Below, one piece after another: positions 38,748 through 47,903 of a DNA stretch of 64,000 nt. The translations under genes were made by a program, and so were the position numbers. How positions within the stretch are numbered: the first letter of the stretch is position 1; every line of letters starts with the position of its first letter. Under the pieces are notes generated by a model that did not search any database, was not told the origin of the DNA, and was given only the letters and a program-made list of their open reading frames with translations. The DNA is from a virus (taxonomy: Duplodnaviria; Caudoviricetes): positions 1-64,000 of the IMG/VR virus record IMGVR_UViG_3300037067_008637. One strand, written 5' to 3'.

Positions 38748-40199
38748 CTAATCTAATTCTACCCAATCTCTTCCAGTTTCTTTTGTAATGTTTCGTTTAG
38801 TATGATCCGCTTCAAATTTTCGAAGAGCATTCTTATATTGTGGACCTAATTGTTTAGGAGTAAAATCATTATTCAATCCCTTGTAGGAAGAATCAAAATT
38901 GATAATTTCTAATACTTCTTCAATCTGTCTAAAGAAATATTCGATTACCTCAACAGAAATGTTTTGAGAATCCGATGTTGTGATTGTGTTCCATCTGGAG
39001 GTAAGATCATATCCTAAACATACACGGTGATCACTTCTAGACACATTTGGATGATCTCCTTCACAATGAACTATGATTTCTCTTCCTGAAAATAACTTTG
39101 GATCTATAATCAATTTATCAACATGATATTTTCTGAATGCATCTTCCAATATATAAAGAACACCATTTTGATAGCATTTTTCTGGAATGATTTTTACCTT
39201 TTTTACCCACACTTTTCCATAGTTTTTTTCATCCTTCAAAGAGAAACCACATTTTGCAATTCTGGAAAATACAGACATTCCTAATTGCATTCCTTGATTA
39301 AATGCATCTTTTTTCAAGCTATCAGAAGCATTTATAATTTGAATAAGAGCCTTCTTATAAAGGGTTCCTTGGTTCATAAGAAGGGAATAATGTATGCCAC
39401 TAATATCTATTCCGCCTCGATTAAAATCTGCAACATCTCCCGCACACAACGATCTGAGTTGCTTATTTATCTCATTGATGATTGTTTTATTATCTAATAA
39501 TGTCATTCTTCCTTCTGCCGCATTTCGCTCGATTTTTAGAAGGATGGATGTAATTAGATCTTTTCCCAATTCTGCTGGATTTTGTCCTTCATATACATCT
39601 TTTTGGAGAGATTGAAAATCAAAGATTTTCTTAATAATAGAACAGGTTTTCATTGCTCCAATCTGGTACCACAACGTAGCAATGGCCATTTCGTGAAAAT
39701 ATAAAATCCCATTAATCCCAATAAATGCAATCGGAACTTTAATATCATCCCCAGCAGTAAATACCGCAAACAACCATTTATTCAGGGCATTAGTAACTCT
39801 AAAAGACATCTGGGATGCCATGTTTTTGTACAACAAGAATCTACTATTACTGGGAGCATCTACATACATTTCAACCGCTGTATACATATCATAACAATGC
39901 AGATAGTTTAGAGTTGAAAGTGTCGGAAGTTGCACAGACACGATGCTCCGAAATATAGATGGTTGTCCTTGCACGTTTTGTGCATAATCATATAATGCTG
40001 TATCTATATTGCTGTATGTTGTAACAACAAATCTGCTTGAATTTATTGGCAAACAGTTTGCAATAGCTTCAATTCTCAATGAAACAGCGTCATAATCATC
40101 ATCCGAAAATTTTTGTAAATTTATAGTCCCTTCATTTTTCGAAGCATTCTTTTTTTGTTGATAAACAGATTGATCGATTTTAACGGACGTGATGCTCAT
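38748..40199 (-). CDS. E2/UBC-like conjugating enzyme with a long N-terminal extension
   Basis: C-terminal HPNVSRSDHRVCLG...IEEVLEIINFDSSY matches UBC HPN(I/V)xxxxx(I/V)CL...LL..PN.DS; AGGAG RBS before ATG at 40199. Confidence 0.75.
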   Translation of the reverse strand: MSITSVKIDQSVYQQKKNASKNEGTINLQKFSDDDYDAVSLRIEAIANCLPINSSRFVVTTYSNIDTALYDYAQNVQGQPSIFRSIVSVQLPTLSTLNYLHCYDMYTAVEMYVDAPSNSRFLLYKNMASQMSFRVTNALNKWLFAVFTAGDDIKVPIAFIGINGILYFHEMAIATLWYQIGAMKTCSIIKKIFDFQSLQKDVYEGQNPAELGKDLITSILLKIERNAAEGRMTLLDNKTIINEINKQLRSLCAGDVADFNRGGIDISGIHYSLLMNQGTLYKKALIQIINASDSLKKDAFNQGMQLGMSVFSRIAKCGFSLKDEKNYGKVWVKKVKIIPEKCYQNGVLYILEDAFRKYHVDKLIIDPKLFSGREIIVHCEGDHPNVSRSDHRVCLGYDLTSRWNTITTSDSQNISVEVIEYFFRQIEEVLEIINFDSSYKGLNNDFTPKQLGPQYKNALRKFEADHTKRNITKETGRDWVELD

Positions 40200-40221
40200 T
40201 TTCATCTCCTGTTTTAATGGC

Positions 40222-40257
40222 AAGGGAGAGGACCCTGCTATTAGGATCCTCTCCCTT
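40222..40257 (-). promoter_or_regulatory. Strong intercistronic stem-loop between the Ubl and E2 genes
   Basis: AAGGGAGAGGATCCT-AATAGC-AGGGTCCTCTCCCTT, with no U-tract. Confidence 0.6.
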
Positions 40258-40268
40258 AGTGACTTTGT

Positions 40269-40838
40269 TTATTGGCCGGCTTTGTTGTGTCTCTCAACCG
40301 CAACGAAGATCAGCACGGGATTGCAGTTAACGTTTTCAGGATCTACAATTCGACCTACCGACAAATCGCGAAGTACGCAATTTTCAATCTGCGTAAGAGC
40401 ACAATAGCTCTGAATCGCTCCCAAAATGTTTTCCGGAGATTTGATGAGAATGTGCTTCTCTCCATTGATTACCAAAATGCGTTGAGTGCGAGTGATGTTG
40501 TGAACACTTGCATTCGGAAACACAACTCGGAAACCCTTGGACGTTTCGGCAATATCATACCCACGACAATCAACCGGAATTTCAACAGAATTCGGATCAA
40601 ATTCGGACACCGAATACTTCTCATGATTGGCAAGCACGTTTTCATCAAGAAGAGCATACCGCGTATACCGATCATCATTATTCTCTTCAATGGCACCAAC
40701 TTCCACCAACGCTTCCAAAATTTCACCAAGCTTCTTCGTCTTCTTGGCATAACTCAACACCTGAGCAATCGCATTGCCCGTCAGCATTTCATCATTGTTA
40801 ACAATTACATCGAGTACTTCTTGCTTCGTCAAAGACAT
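40269..40838 (-). CDS. Winged-helix domain fused to a putative ubiquitin-like (beta-grasp) domain ending KAG-Q
   Basis: N-terminal wHTH pattern (LTGNAIAQVL..KKLGEILEALVEVGAIEE..RYAL); C-terminal beta-beta-alpha-beta-beta pattern ending VAVERHNKAGQ; first gene before E2-E1-JAB; GGAGG RBS. Confidence 0.65.
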   Translation of the reverse strand: MSLTKQEVLDVIVNNDEMLTGNAIAQVLSYAKKTKKLGEILEALVEVGAIEENNDDRYTRYALLDENVLANHEKYSVSEFDPNSVEIPVDCRGYDIAETSKGFRVVFPNASVHNITRTQRILVINGEKHILIKSPENILGAIQSYCALTQIENCVLRDLSVGRIVDPENVNCNPVLIFVAVERHNKAGQ

Positions 40839-40911
40839 TAGAATTTCCTCCGAGTCATTAATTTTTTATTGTCAAAGAACAACAGCCCACCCACAAGGAT
40901 GGGTTGCTTAT

Positions 40912-42124
40912 ACAAGAGAAGCAGGAAAACCTCCTCCTTTAGGGGGAGGATGAACTGCTCTGAACTAGAAAATTGAGAACAAGTGAATAGGATAAAACTA
41001 TATATAAGTTTATTCTTTTAACGATTGGAGAGATTATATGAAATTAATGAAGAGTTATACTGCTAGAATTGAAGGCAATGCCTGTAAATCTAGCAATCTG
41101 CTCTTCATTCTTTCCAAATTAAAAGAAATGTCCCAATACGTTTTCGAAGGCGGACCAGATTATTGGTTCGACTTCATGGCCATGTATCATGATTGTCGTA
41201 AACGTTATCCAGAATTAAACTCGAAAATACTGCAGAATTTTCTGCAACTTTATCGTCCTATTAAAGGACGAAAATTGCCCAAATCTGCAATTAAACCGAT
41301 TATTGTTCTAGATCAAAATTTCAATTTGAAATTCAATGAATGCTCTAAATATTCGAACTGGTGGTTACGATTCGGACGCCGAAATTATCCCTTGAGAGGA
41401 AAGAGAATCCTCTCTCGTATCAAGGACATATCAGGCGTTACAGAATGCCGTATCTTTGTTCGAAACAATAAAGCATATTGCAAATTGACATATGCTGAAG
41501 AGGCTCCAGAAATAACATCAACTGATAATCCAGTTGGAATCGATCTCAACACCAAGCGAATTGTTTCCTCTTCAAATAAAGTATACCATATAAAACGATG
41601 GTTTCATCGTAAGATGGAGAATAAGAAGAATCGTGGAAAGAACAATATTGATCAATTCACGAAACATACCATTCACCAGATCACGAATCAGATTATCGCG
41701 GATCTCGTCCGAACAGAATCAAAGGTTTTGATCCTGGAGGACCTTAAGGATCTTCGAAAGTCTTCATCGAGAAAGAATGGAACTTCAAAAGGAAAAGAAC
41801 TCAATTATCGAATAAATAATTGTTTTCCAACCGCGATGTTCCGACAAATTCTTTCTTATAAATGTTTAGAAAACGGAATCAAATTGGAATTCGTAGATCC
41901 TGCATACACCTCGAAAGCTTGCTCGCGATGCGGCTCGCAAGAGACGCTTCGAGAGACTCAATCGAGGTTTGAATGCACGTCTTGTGGATTTCAATTGGAC
42001 GCCGATCTAAACGCTTCTAGAAACATTCTATTCCGGTATACCGGAGAGAATGGCTCGCCAGTCGATCCGAGCCGGTTTTCCCAAGGGAAAGCCAAGCTGG
42101 TCCCTTTAGGGGCCAGTAGTTGAC
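40912..42124 (+). mobile_element. Non-autonomous IS200/IS605-family (IS1341-type) element
   Basis: Left hairpin CCTCCTCC-TTTA-GGGGGAGG (40930-40949), right hairpin CTGGTCCC-TTTA-GGGGCCAG then TAGTTGAC; tnpB only; boundaries approximate. Confidence 0.75.
41038..42123 (+). CDS. tnpB: TnpB RNA-guided nuclease
   Basis: RuvC GIDLN / ILEDL / DADLNASRNI and Zn ribbon CSRCG..CTSCG; the only long plus-strand gene in the region. Confidence 0.9.
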   Translation: MKLMKSYTARIEGNACKSSNLLFILSKLKEMSQYVFEGGPDYWFDFMAMYHDCRKRYPELNSKILQNFLQLYRPIKGRKLPKSAIKPIIVLDQNFNLKFNECSKYSNWWLRFGRRNYPLRGKRILSRIKDISGVTECRIFVRNNKAYCKLTYAEEAPEITSTDNPVGIDLNTKRIVSSSNKVYHIKRWFHRKMENKKNRGKNNIDQFTKHTIHQITNQIIADLVRTESKVLILEDLKDLRKSSSRKNGTSKGKELNYRINNCFPTAMFRQILSYKCLENGIKLEFVDPAYTSKACSRCGSQETLRETQSRFECTSCGFQLDADLNASRNILFRYTGENGSPVDPSRFSQGKAKLVPLGASS

Positions 42125-42136
42125 AGAATAGAGGGA

Positions 42137-43147
42137 TTAGTGTCTGGATGCAAATATCGTTGTCATCTGTTTTTGGATATAAGAGCGCATGTTCATATGG
42201 CAGCGCACATCATAATTCAAGTCCAAGCAATACGAGGCGATCAATATTGCTACCAAGAAATTACGATGTTCAGGAGGAAGATTTTCCCAATAGGAATTGA
42301 AAATACCCTTCTCCGTTTTCTTTAGGCATTTCGCCAACTTATCTGCATGAATATCAACATTGTGAGTAATACCCTTTAGAATGGTAGTACTTTCATTGTA
42401 GTGCTGTTGAATCTGAGTAAGATCCGCGGATACTGCACCAAGACTATGTGTAGTATGCGTGAACGTATGATTGCGATTCGTCAATGTGAAATAATCACGG
42501 AATCCAATACGATCGTTCCCGCTGTTTTGAAGTTTGATGTGAACAGCGAAATCAATACGAATCGACGCAGTTCCGTTGTATGTATTGGTAACACAAACAT
42601 CTACATTAGAATTTGCATTACTTAATACATCAGAGCTTACACCACTGATAATTTCAAAGGCGAGCTTAGCTTCATCATCTCCTAATACATCAATCGGTGT
42701 AGTCGTTTTACCTGTTGCAGAAAGAATAAAAGGTGCACCATGTACAATCGGTTCACCATCAAATTCCACCTGACGAGCCAATTCATCATAGAAAGGATTG
42801 ACTTTAGCAACCACATATTCCTTCGAAAGCAATCCGCCTTTCAAAACTTGCCAAACAGGTTCTGGCTGCATTTCATCTTTATAGAATCCTGCAAATGCAC
42901 CAGTCTGTTGCGCATCAGGCGTATAGATTTCTTCGAACCGATAGGTATGCCGTCCAAATTCTGTAAACTCCACAGGAATATGAAGGCCGTTTTCCCCTAT
43001 CTCATTCGCAAGAGGTTCCACCCAAGAAATCGTAGGAGCAGGAAGGGTGTTTTCTTGAAGCGTTTCAGGAACTTCTTCGAGCGTTAGGATTGTAGCCGTG
43101 TTTCCATCATTTACCAAAGCATCAAGGTTATCATTAGGTTCTGTCAT
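42137..43147 (-). CDS. Hypothetical protein, possibly DUF932-like
   Basis: VCVTNTYNGTASIRIDF...FTH resembles the DUF932 core. Confidence 0.45.
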   Translation of the reverse strand: MTEPNDNLDALVNDGNTATILTLEEVPETLQENTLPAPTISWVEPLANEIGENGLHIPVEFTEFGRHTYRFEEIYTPDAQQTGAFAGFYKDEMQPEPVWQVLKGGLLSKEYVVAKVNPFYDELARQVEFDGEPIVHGAPFILSATGKTTTPIDVLGDDEAKLAFEIISGVSSDVLSNANSNVDVCVTNTYNGTASIRIDFAVHIKLQNSGNDRIGFRDYFTLTNRNHTFTHTTHSLGAVSADLTQIQQHYNESTTILKGITHNVDIHADKLAKCLKKTEKGIFNSYWENLPPEHRNFLVAILIASYCLDLNYDVRCHMNMRSYIQKQMTTIFASRH

Positions 43148-43175
43148 TGATATTTCTCCTGAGTTGTGTAGGGCA

Positions 43176-43427
43176 TTACTTTGCCCATTTTTGCATCAAT
43201 TGTTTTAACTTTCCGATTACTTCTTTATAGTGGGGATGATCCTGCAAATACTGAGATAACTCTATGCAAAAAGATGAAATCGCTTGAGTACGCTCATTTG
43301 CAACCCCTTTTTGTGCTTTTCCCATTGGGCATGAATCATCCCATGGTGGTGGATGTATATGTCCACACCCACTGCATTGCCTTGAAGGAGGCATTTCCAT
43401 TGGCATATCATAATCTCCTACAGTCAA
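43176..43427 (-). CDS. Small Zn-finger protein
   Basis: CSGCGHIHPPPWDDSC (CxxC-H-C); start codon uncertain. Confidence 0.55.
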   Translation of the reverse strand: MTVGDYDMPMEMPPSRQCSGCGHIHPPPWDDSCPMGKAQKGVANERTQAISSFCIELSQYLQDHPHYKEVIGKLKQLMQKWAK

Positions 43428-43468
43428 TTGGTTAATTGTCTCATATTTGTCTCATATTGTTTTATCAA

Positions 43469-43855
43469 TTATTCATCAGCTTGGGCGGCACCACCCTCTG
43501 CGGGGGCATCTACATCCGCCAACACAACCGCATCCGCTTCATTTTCGGGAATAACCGTTTCCGCTACCGGTTCATCTTCATCCGGTTCACCACTATCACC
43601 CAAATCGTTAATCGCATCAACAACAAACCGGGGTTTCTTCGTGAGGTAGGAGCTATCCCACTCAAGTACCGGCGTGCCACTATCATCTACCACAGCCTGA
43701 AGTTTTCCATTCTCATCAATCTTGCCAAAGTTATCATGCACATGCTCAAGCGCCTGCTTTTGCGCCGATTCTGCATCACGAGCAATAACGTTCATCACCG
43801 TAATTTCACGACTGTAACTCTGGAACCCAACAACTACTTCATACTTATTCGACAT
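43469..43855 (-). CDS. Hypothetical acidic protein
   Basis: 128 aa, GGGAG RBS, acidic tail. Confidence 0.6.
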   Translation of the reverse strand: MSNKYEVVVGFQSYSREITVMNVIARDAESAQKQALEHVHDNFGKIDENGKLQAVVDDSGTPVLEWDSSYLTKKPRFVVDAINDLGDSGEPDEDEPVAETVIPENEADAVVLADVDAPAEGGAAQADE

Positions 43856-43912
43856 TTCATGTCTCCCGTTTTAATTTGAAACCCACCACAATGGTAAGTT
43901 TTTAACCAAGAT

Positions 43913-46282
43913 CTACATACAAAGCGATTCATCTGCTTCCAGAAATTCTCGTAATGTGTGTGATATCAGCACAACACAATGAGTATCTGAAAGACGTTTA
44001 ACCATATCAATTGCTGCCGCAGTATTCTCTGGATCAAGACTATCCAGTATTTCATCAAGTAACAATACATTCATCTTACAATCTTGAATCGTTTCCAACA
44101 AGTGTCTTAAACACAGAAGAACAATTATATCAGTCATTCTTCTTTCGCCTGCTGAAAGATCCTTTAGTTCAGACAGATTTTGTGTTTGTAGAACATCGAT
44201 ACTGAACTTGTTTCTACTTTCACCTGACTTCAATTGTTTCTGAGAACTAAATCTGACTTTTAGATTTGGTACCAATTGGCACAAATCTCTCGCACGTTCA
44301 TTTAAGATAGGAACTGATTCGTCCAGAAGAATTGCTTTGATTCCCACATCTGAGAATCCTTTCTTCCAGAACTTTAATATAACATTTTTACGATTTTGCC
44401 TGGCCATTTCCTCCTGTAATTGTTGTAATTGCTCTTGTTGTTCTTTACACTCTCTTTGTATATCTTTCTCTCGTTGGTACAATTCCTTTATCTCTATCTT
44501 ATAACGAGAGTCTACTTCAGAGAGAGTTGCTTCAACTGAGGCAATCTCACGATCGGTTTGTGACATTTGTTCTACACAGTTATTGAACCGTTCAAGCTTC
44601 TCTTCATTCGACTGTATTTCAGGAACAACTTCTTTCAATCTGACTATCCACGTCATTGCAATACTCTGATTGTCTTCTTTAATCTTTTGAACTCTAATTG
44701 CCTTTTCAGATTGAATTTCTTCTTCTATTGCAGCATGCTCTTTACTTCGTTCCTTTTCTGCCGTTTCTATTTTTTGCCGTGCTTCTCCTTCCTCTGTTCT
44801 AGCTGCATTTAAAGATTCCACAAATTGATTTGCAGTATCTTTTCTCTTTTTGTCTATCTTCTGTTGTAATGCAGTTTTTTCTGTGTTGAACTTTTCTTCT
44901 AATTCCAAAAATTCATGGGTCAACTCTTTATATTGTTCAGAACACTCTTCTCTTTCTTTTTCAATTGTCACCAATTCTTTTTGCAGTTTATTAACTGTAT
45001 CCTGACAATGTATTGAAAGCTTCTGAATTTTGAGTAACGCTTTTTCATCTTTCAACTCTTGTCCACACGCCGCGCACTCAGGATTTTCTTTCTCCAACGC
45101 TTTGTTGTATTTTACAGATTCTTTTGTAGCAGTATCTTCTTCTCGTAAAGCAGTTTTCAATCTCTCATTCAAAACTCTTAAACGAGATGATACTTGATCA
45201 ATCTGTTCTTTCACTGGTTGAAGAGCCGCGGCTGATTCTTCTGTTTTCTTTTCTACAGCAATAGAAGCTTGCCGTTCAAGTTCTCCAAGAACTTCTGCTT
45301 TTCTTTTCTCGGCTTCTAATTTCTTGGACTGTGCTTCATGAAGAGACTTCTGAAGATTAAGCAATATTTCTTGATACTTATTTTCGACTTCTCTTCCTTT
45401 AGCTGTTCTTTCCAGGATCATTACACCGTCGAGATCTGAAATCTGATTTCTATATGTTTCCCGTTGTGCTTCTATCTTTGCTTCCAATCCAGCTTTTTCA
45501 TTTAGCAATTCTCTCAATTGTTTATCTGTTGTTACAGCATCTTTATTATCAATTGATTTCAACTTATTTAGTTTAGCCTGTAGTGATTCCAAACGCTCCT
45601 GCAGAGACATAACAGTGTCATCATAACGCTGTTGTGCTTTACACTTCTGTTCTTCAACATAGGTAATCTGAGAACGTTTTTCACTTACTACAGAATCAAT
45701 CACATTACATTTATTTGCTAAGATTGAAATAGATGAATCCACAAGTTTTGATGCATTTATAATACTTTCTGCATACTTGTCATACTCAGATAAGGATAGA
45801 ACAGCATCGATGATTTCTTTTTGCCCACTGTGAGTAAGATCCATAAAGTGATTCTGAACATATTGAGAAAATAGAAGACAATTCATAAATACATCTTTTG
45901 GCATAACCAAATTCTCAATAAGTTTCAACGTCTCTGCTTCTGTATTACATGAAATATCTATTTCATTCTTATATAGAAATCTGCGATTCTTAAATTTGTG
46001 GTGCTTCCTATGAGCAACTACTTTATAGTTGTTTTCTCCGTCACTCCAGGTAACAGAAACAACTGCATTTTTTCCGGATCTTCTCCTAACAATATCATCT
46101 CCACTTTGGCCATCCATGGTTTTATCATAGATCGCCCATGCCAAGGCAGAGAAAATAGTTGTTTTTCCTTTTCCGTTCCCGCCTGTTATTGATACAAAAC
46201 GATTAGGCGTGAATGAAAATTCAAGTTCTTCATGACACCGAAAGTTTTGTAATGTGAGATCTTGAAATGTTAGTTCTCTCAT
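43913..46282 (-). CDS. Rad50/SbcC (gp46-like) recombination ATPase
   Basis: GGNGKGKTT, coiled coils with a CAAC hook, LSAGE signature, LLLDE, ISH. Confidence 0.93.
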   Translation of the reverse strand: MRELTFQDLTLQNFRCHEELEFSFTPNRFVSITGGNGKGKTTIFSALAWAIYDKTMDGQSGDDIVRRRSGKNAVVSVTWSDGENNYKVVAHRKHHKFKNRRFLYKNEIDISCNTEAETLKLIENLVMPKDVFMNCLLFSQYVQNHFMDLTHSGQKEIIDAVLSLSEYDKYAESIINASKLVDSSISILANKCNVIDSVVSEKRSQITYVEEQKCKAQQRYDDTVMSLQERLESLQAKLNKLKSIDNKDAVTTDKQLRELLNEKAGLEAKIEAQRETYRNQISDLDGVMILERTAKGREVENKYQEILLNLQKSLHEAQSKKLEAEKRKAEVLGELERQASIAVEKKTEESAAALQPVKEQIDQVSSRLRVLNERLKTALREEDTATKESVKYNKALEKENPECAACGQELKDEKALLKIQKLSIHCQDTVNKLQKELVTIEKEREECSEQYKELTHEFLELEEKFNTEKTALQQKIDKKRKDTANQFVESLNAARTEEGEARQKIETAEKERSKEHAAIEEEIQSEKAIRVQKIKEDNQSIAMTWIVRLKEVVPEIQSNEEKLERFNNCVEQMSQTDREIASVEATLSEVDSRYKIEIKELYQREKDIQRECKEQQEQLQQLQEEMARQNRKNVILKFWKKGFSDVGIKAILLDESVPILNERARDLCQLVPNLKVRFSSQKQLKSGESRNKFSIDVLQTQNLSELKDLSAGERRMTDIIVLLCLRHLLETIQDCKMNVLLLDEILDSLDPENTAAAIDMVKRLSDTHCVVLISHTLREFLEADESLCM

Positions 46283-46295
46283 TCCCTCTCCGTTA

Positions 46296-46814
46296 TTATC
46301 TCAATTTTATAAGTTCGTGCTCCAAGCATCTTACCAAAGATTGCTGTGTGTGAACAATCCATCTGGATGTATCAATCTTTTCCTCTTTAGAATAATATGC
46401 TTCCCATGGATGCATATCATTCGCTAAAGCAAAAAACTTACTGAATTTGGATGAATCTGTGCAATTGTCCAAATCAAACATGAATTTTCTATCAATGCAA
46501 TAAATTACAGGTTTCTTCAGGCCCATAGCATAGGACATTTCACACATTGTTCCAATGAAATGGGGATGAAATGCAAGTAGAATATCACATTCTTCTACTT
46601 CCTTAAAATCTCCTTCAAGAGTCTCTTTGAATTTCTGAGGTTTTAAGTCTGGATATCGTCTATCCAAAGTAGCATTTGGCGCAAATGTGGGAGGATCCAT
46701 CCAACTTCCTGTGAACTCAACTTGAGATGTCCCCATAACTCTCTGTAAAAGATCCAATTGTGCTCTCACTAGAAACTGATTTTCATATCCGGATGCCGCG
46801 TAGATCTTAATCAT
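46296..46814 (-). CDS. Nucleoside 2-deoxyribosyltransferase/nucleotide N-glycosidase-like protein
   Basis: KIYAAS...DFKEVEECDILLA...GTMCEMSYAMGLKKPVI; likely start 46814. Confidence 0.7.
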   Translation of the reverse strand: MIKIYAASGYENQFLVRAQLDLLQRVMGTSQVEFTGSWMDPPTFAPNATLDRRYPDLKPQKFKETLEGDFKEVEECDILLAFHPHFIGTMCEMSYAMGLKKPVIYCIDRKFMFDLDNCTDSSKFSKFFALANDMHPWEAYYSKEEKIDTSRWIVHTQQSLVRCLEHELIKLR

Positions 46815-47874
46815 AGTTCTCTCCTTCATGAGATATTGCTTCCATTCCAATTTCAAGATACTCGCTTCTTTCGTCTTCGGGAATGTTTTCGATTTCGAGA
46901 AGCTTTCTCATTTGTTCTTCGATTGTCATTCCAGTTGTAATACCGCGCAACTCTTCTTCGGCTTCATAGATATCTACCAACTGGGCATGACTCTCTACCA
47001 TGGAAGCAACTTCTTTAGGAACATTCGCTATTTTCTTCTTAACAATAATGTGATGTCCATCTTCTTTTGCTTTATTGAGAGCGTAAGCAAATTCCTCTAA
47101 ATCAGTTTCTTCATCAAGAACGAGTTCTACATAACGCCGCCATCCGGTAGTCAAAATTGATTCTTCTGTCATCCTCTCAGAATCAATCACTATAAATCGT
47201 TTCTCTTCTCCAGATTCATCTCTGCGTATAGCAATTGGAGAACCTACATAATACAAAGTGGTTTCATCATTTGATATCATTTGTGGTTTATGATAATGCC
47301 CAAGAAACACTTTCTTGAATGGCCTTAGATCATTGATTGTGATTCCAGTACGAATTGAAATACCACTAGATAAACATCCTTCATTCAATCCGAAATGAGA
47401 AACTAATACAGTTACAGGATCTAAACCCTTTTCATATTCACTTGATATCACATCATTGATGTTCTTGGAATGAGGAACAAAAAGAATGTGCCCGATTCTA
47501 GTAGGCTTCATAATAATAGTTACATTGTTACAAGGTTCAAGAAGTTGAATTGCACTTTCTTCTTCTTCAACTCTACCAGTAGTTGCATCATGATTTCCAT
47601 GAACAATATAGAAATAAAGCCGATCCATATATTTCTCTATTATTTGACGGAATAGAAGAAAAGCACGAACAGCCACAACTCCCTTTGTATCATTTAGATC
47701 TCCACCAATGACAATTGTGTCAATACCATTAGTCACGGCATATTCACACATTTGATCAAAAGTATGGAGAATCTCCATCAACTTAACTGGAAGCCCTGTA
47801 TCTGTATACTCCTTATCTGTCCATAATTTCAAATGCAAATCCGCTGTAAATATGAATTTGTGATCTAATGGCAT
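46807..47874 (-). CDS. Mre11/SbcD (gp47-like) nuclease
   Basis: ADLH, GGDLND, GNHD, SHFG, LGHYHKPQ, YVGSP. Confidence 0.93.
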   Translation of the reverse strand: MPLDHKFIFTADLHLKLWTDKEYTDTGLPVKLMEILHTFDQMCEYAVTNGIDTIVIGGDLNDTKGVVAVRAFLLFRQIIEKYMDRLYFYIVHGNHDATTGRVEEEESAIQLLEPCNNVTIIMKPTRIGHILFVPHSKNINDVISSEYEKGLDPVTVLVSHFGLNEGCLSSGISIRTGITINDLRPFKKVFLGHYHKPQMISNDETTLYYVGSPIAIRRDESGEEKRFIVIDSERMTEESILTTGWRRYVELVLDEETDLEEFAYALNKAKEDGHHIIVKKKIANVPKEVASMVESHAQLVDIYEAEEELRGITTGMTIEEQMRKLLEIENIPEDERSEYLEIGMEAISHEGENYD

Positions 47875-47903
47875 AATTTTCTCCTAATACTCTTTTGAAA
47901 CTT

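Noticed and set aside
40272-40841. 189-aa plus-strand ORF mirroring the Ubl gene (similarly 43436-43879)
   Set aside because: Antisense shadow caused by codon bias; no RBS or motif, while the minus-strand gene has an RBS and operon context
40884-40905. Extra hairpin GCCCACCCACAAGGATGGGT next to the IS left end
   Set aside because: It lacks the TTTA loop of the element ends; more likely the pre-existing terminator of the 42137-43147 gene, and cannot be resolved here
40975-41010. AACA-N6-TA (AR9-type late promoter-like) and TATATAA motifs upstream of tnpB and a few other genes
   Set aside because: Not found consistently upstream of structural genes and expected by chance in AT-rich DNA; needs motif statistics
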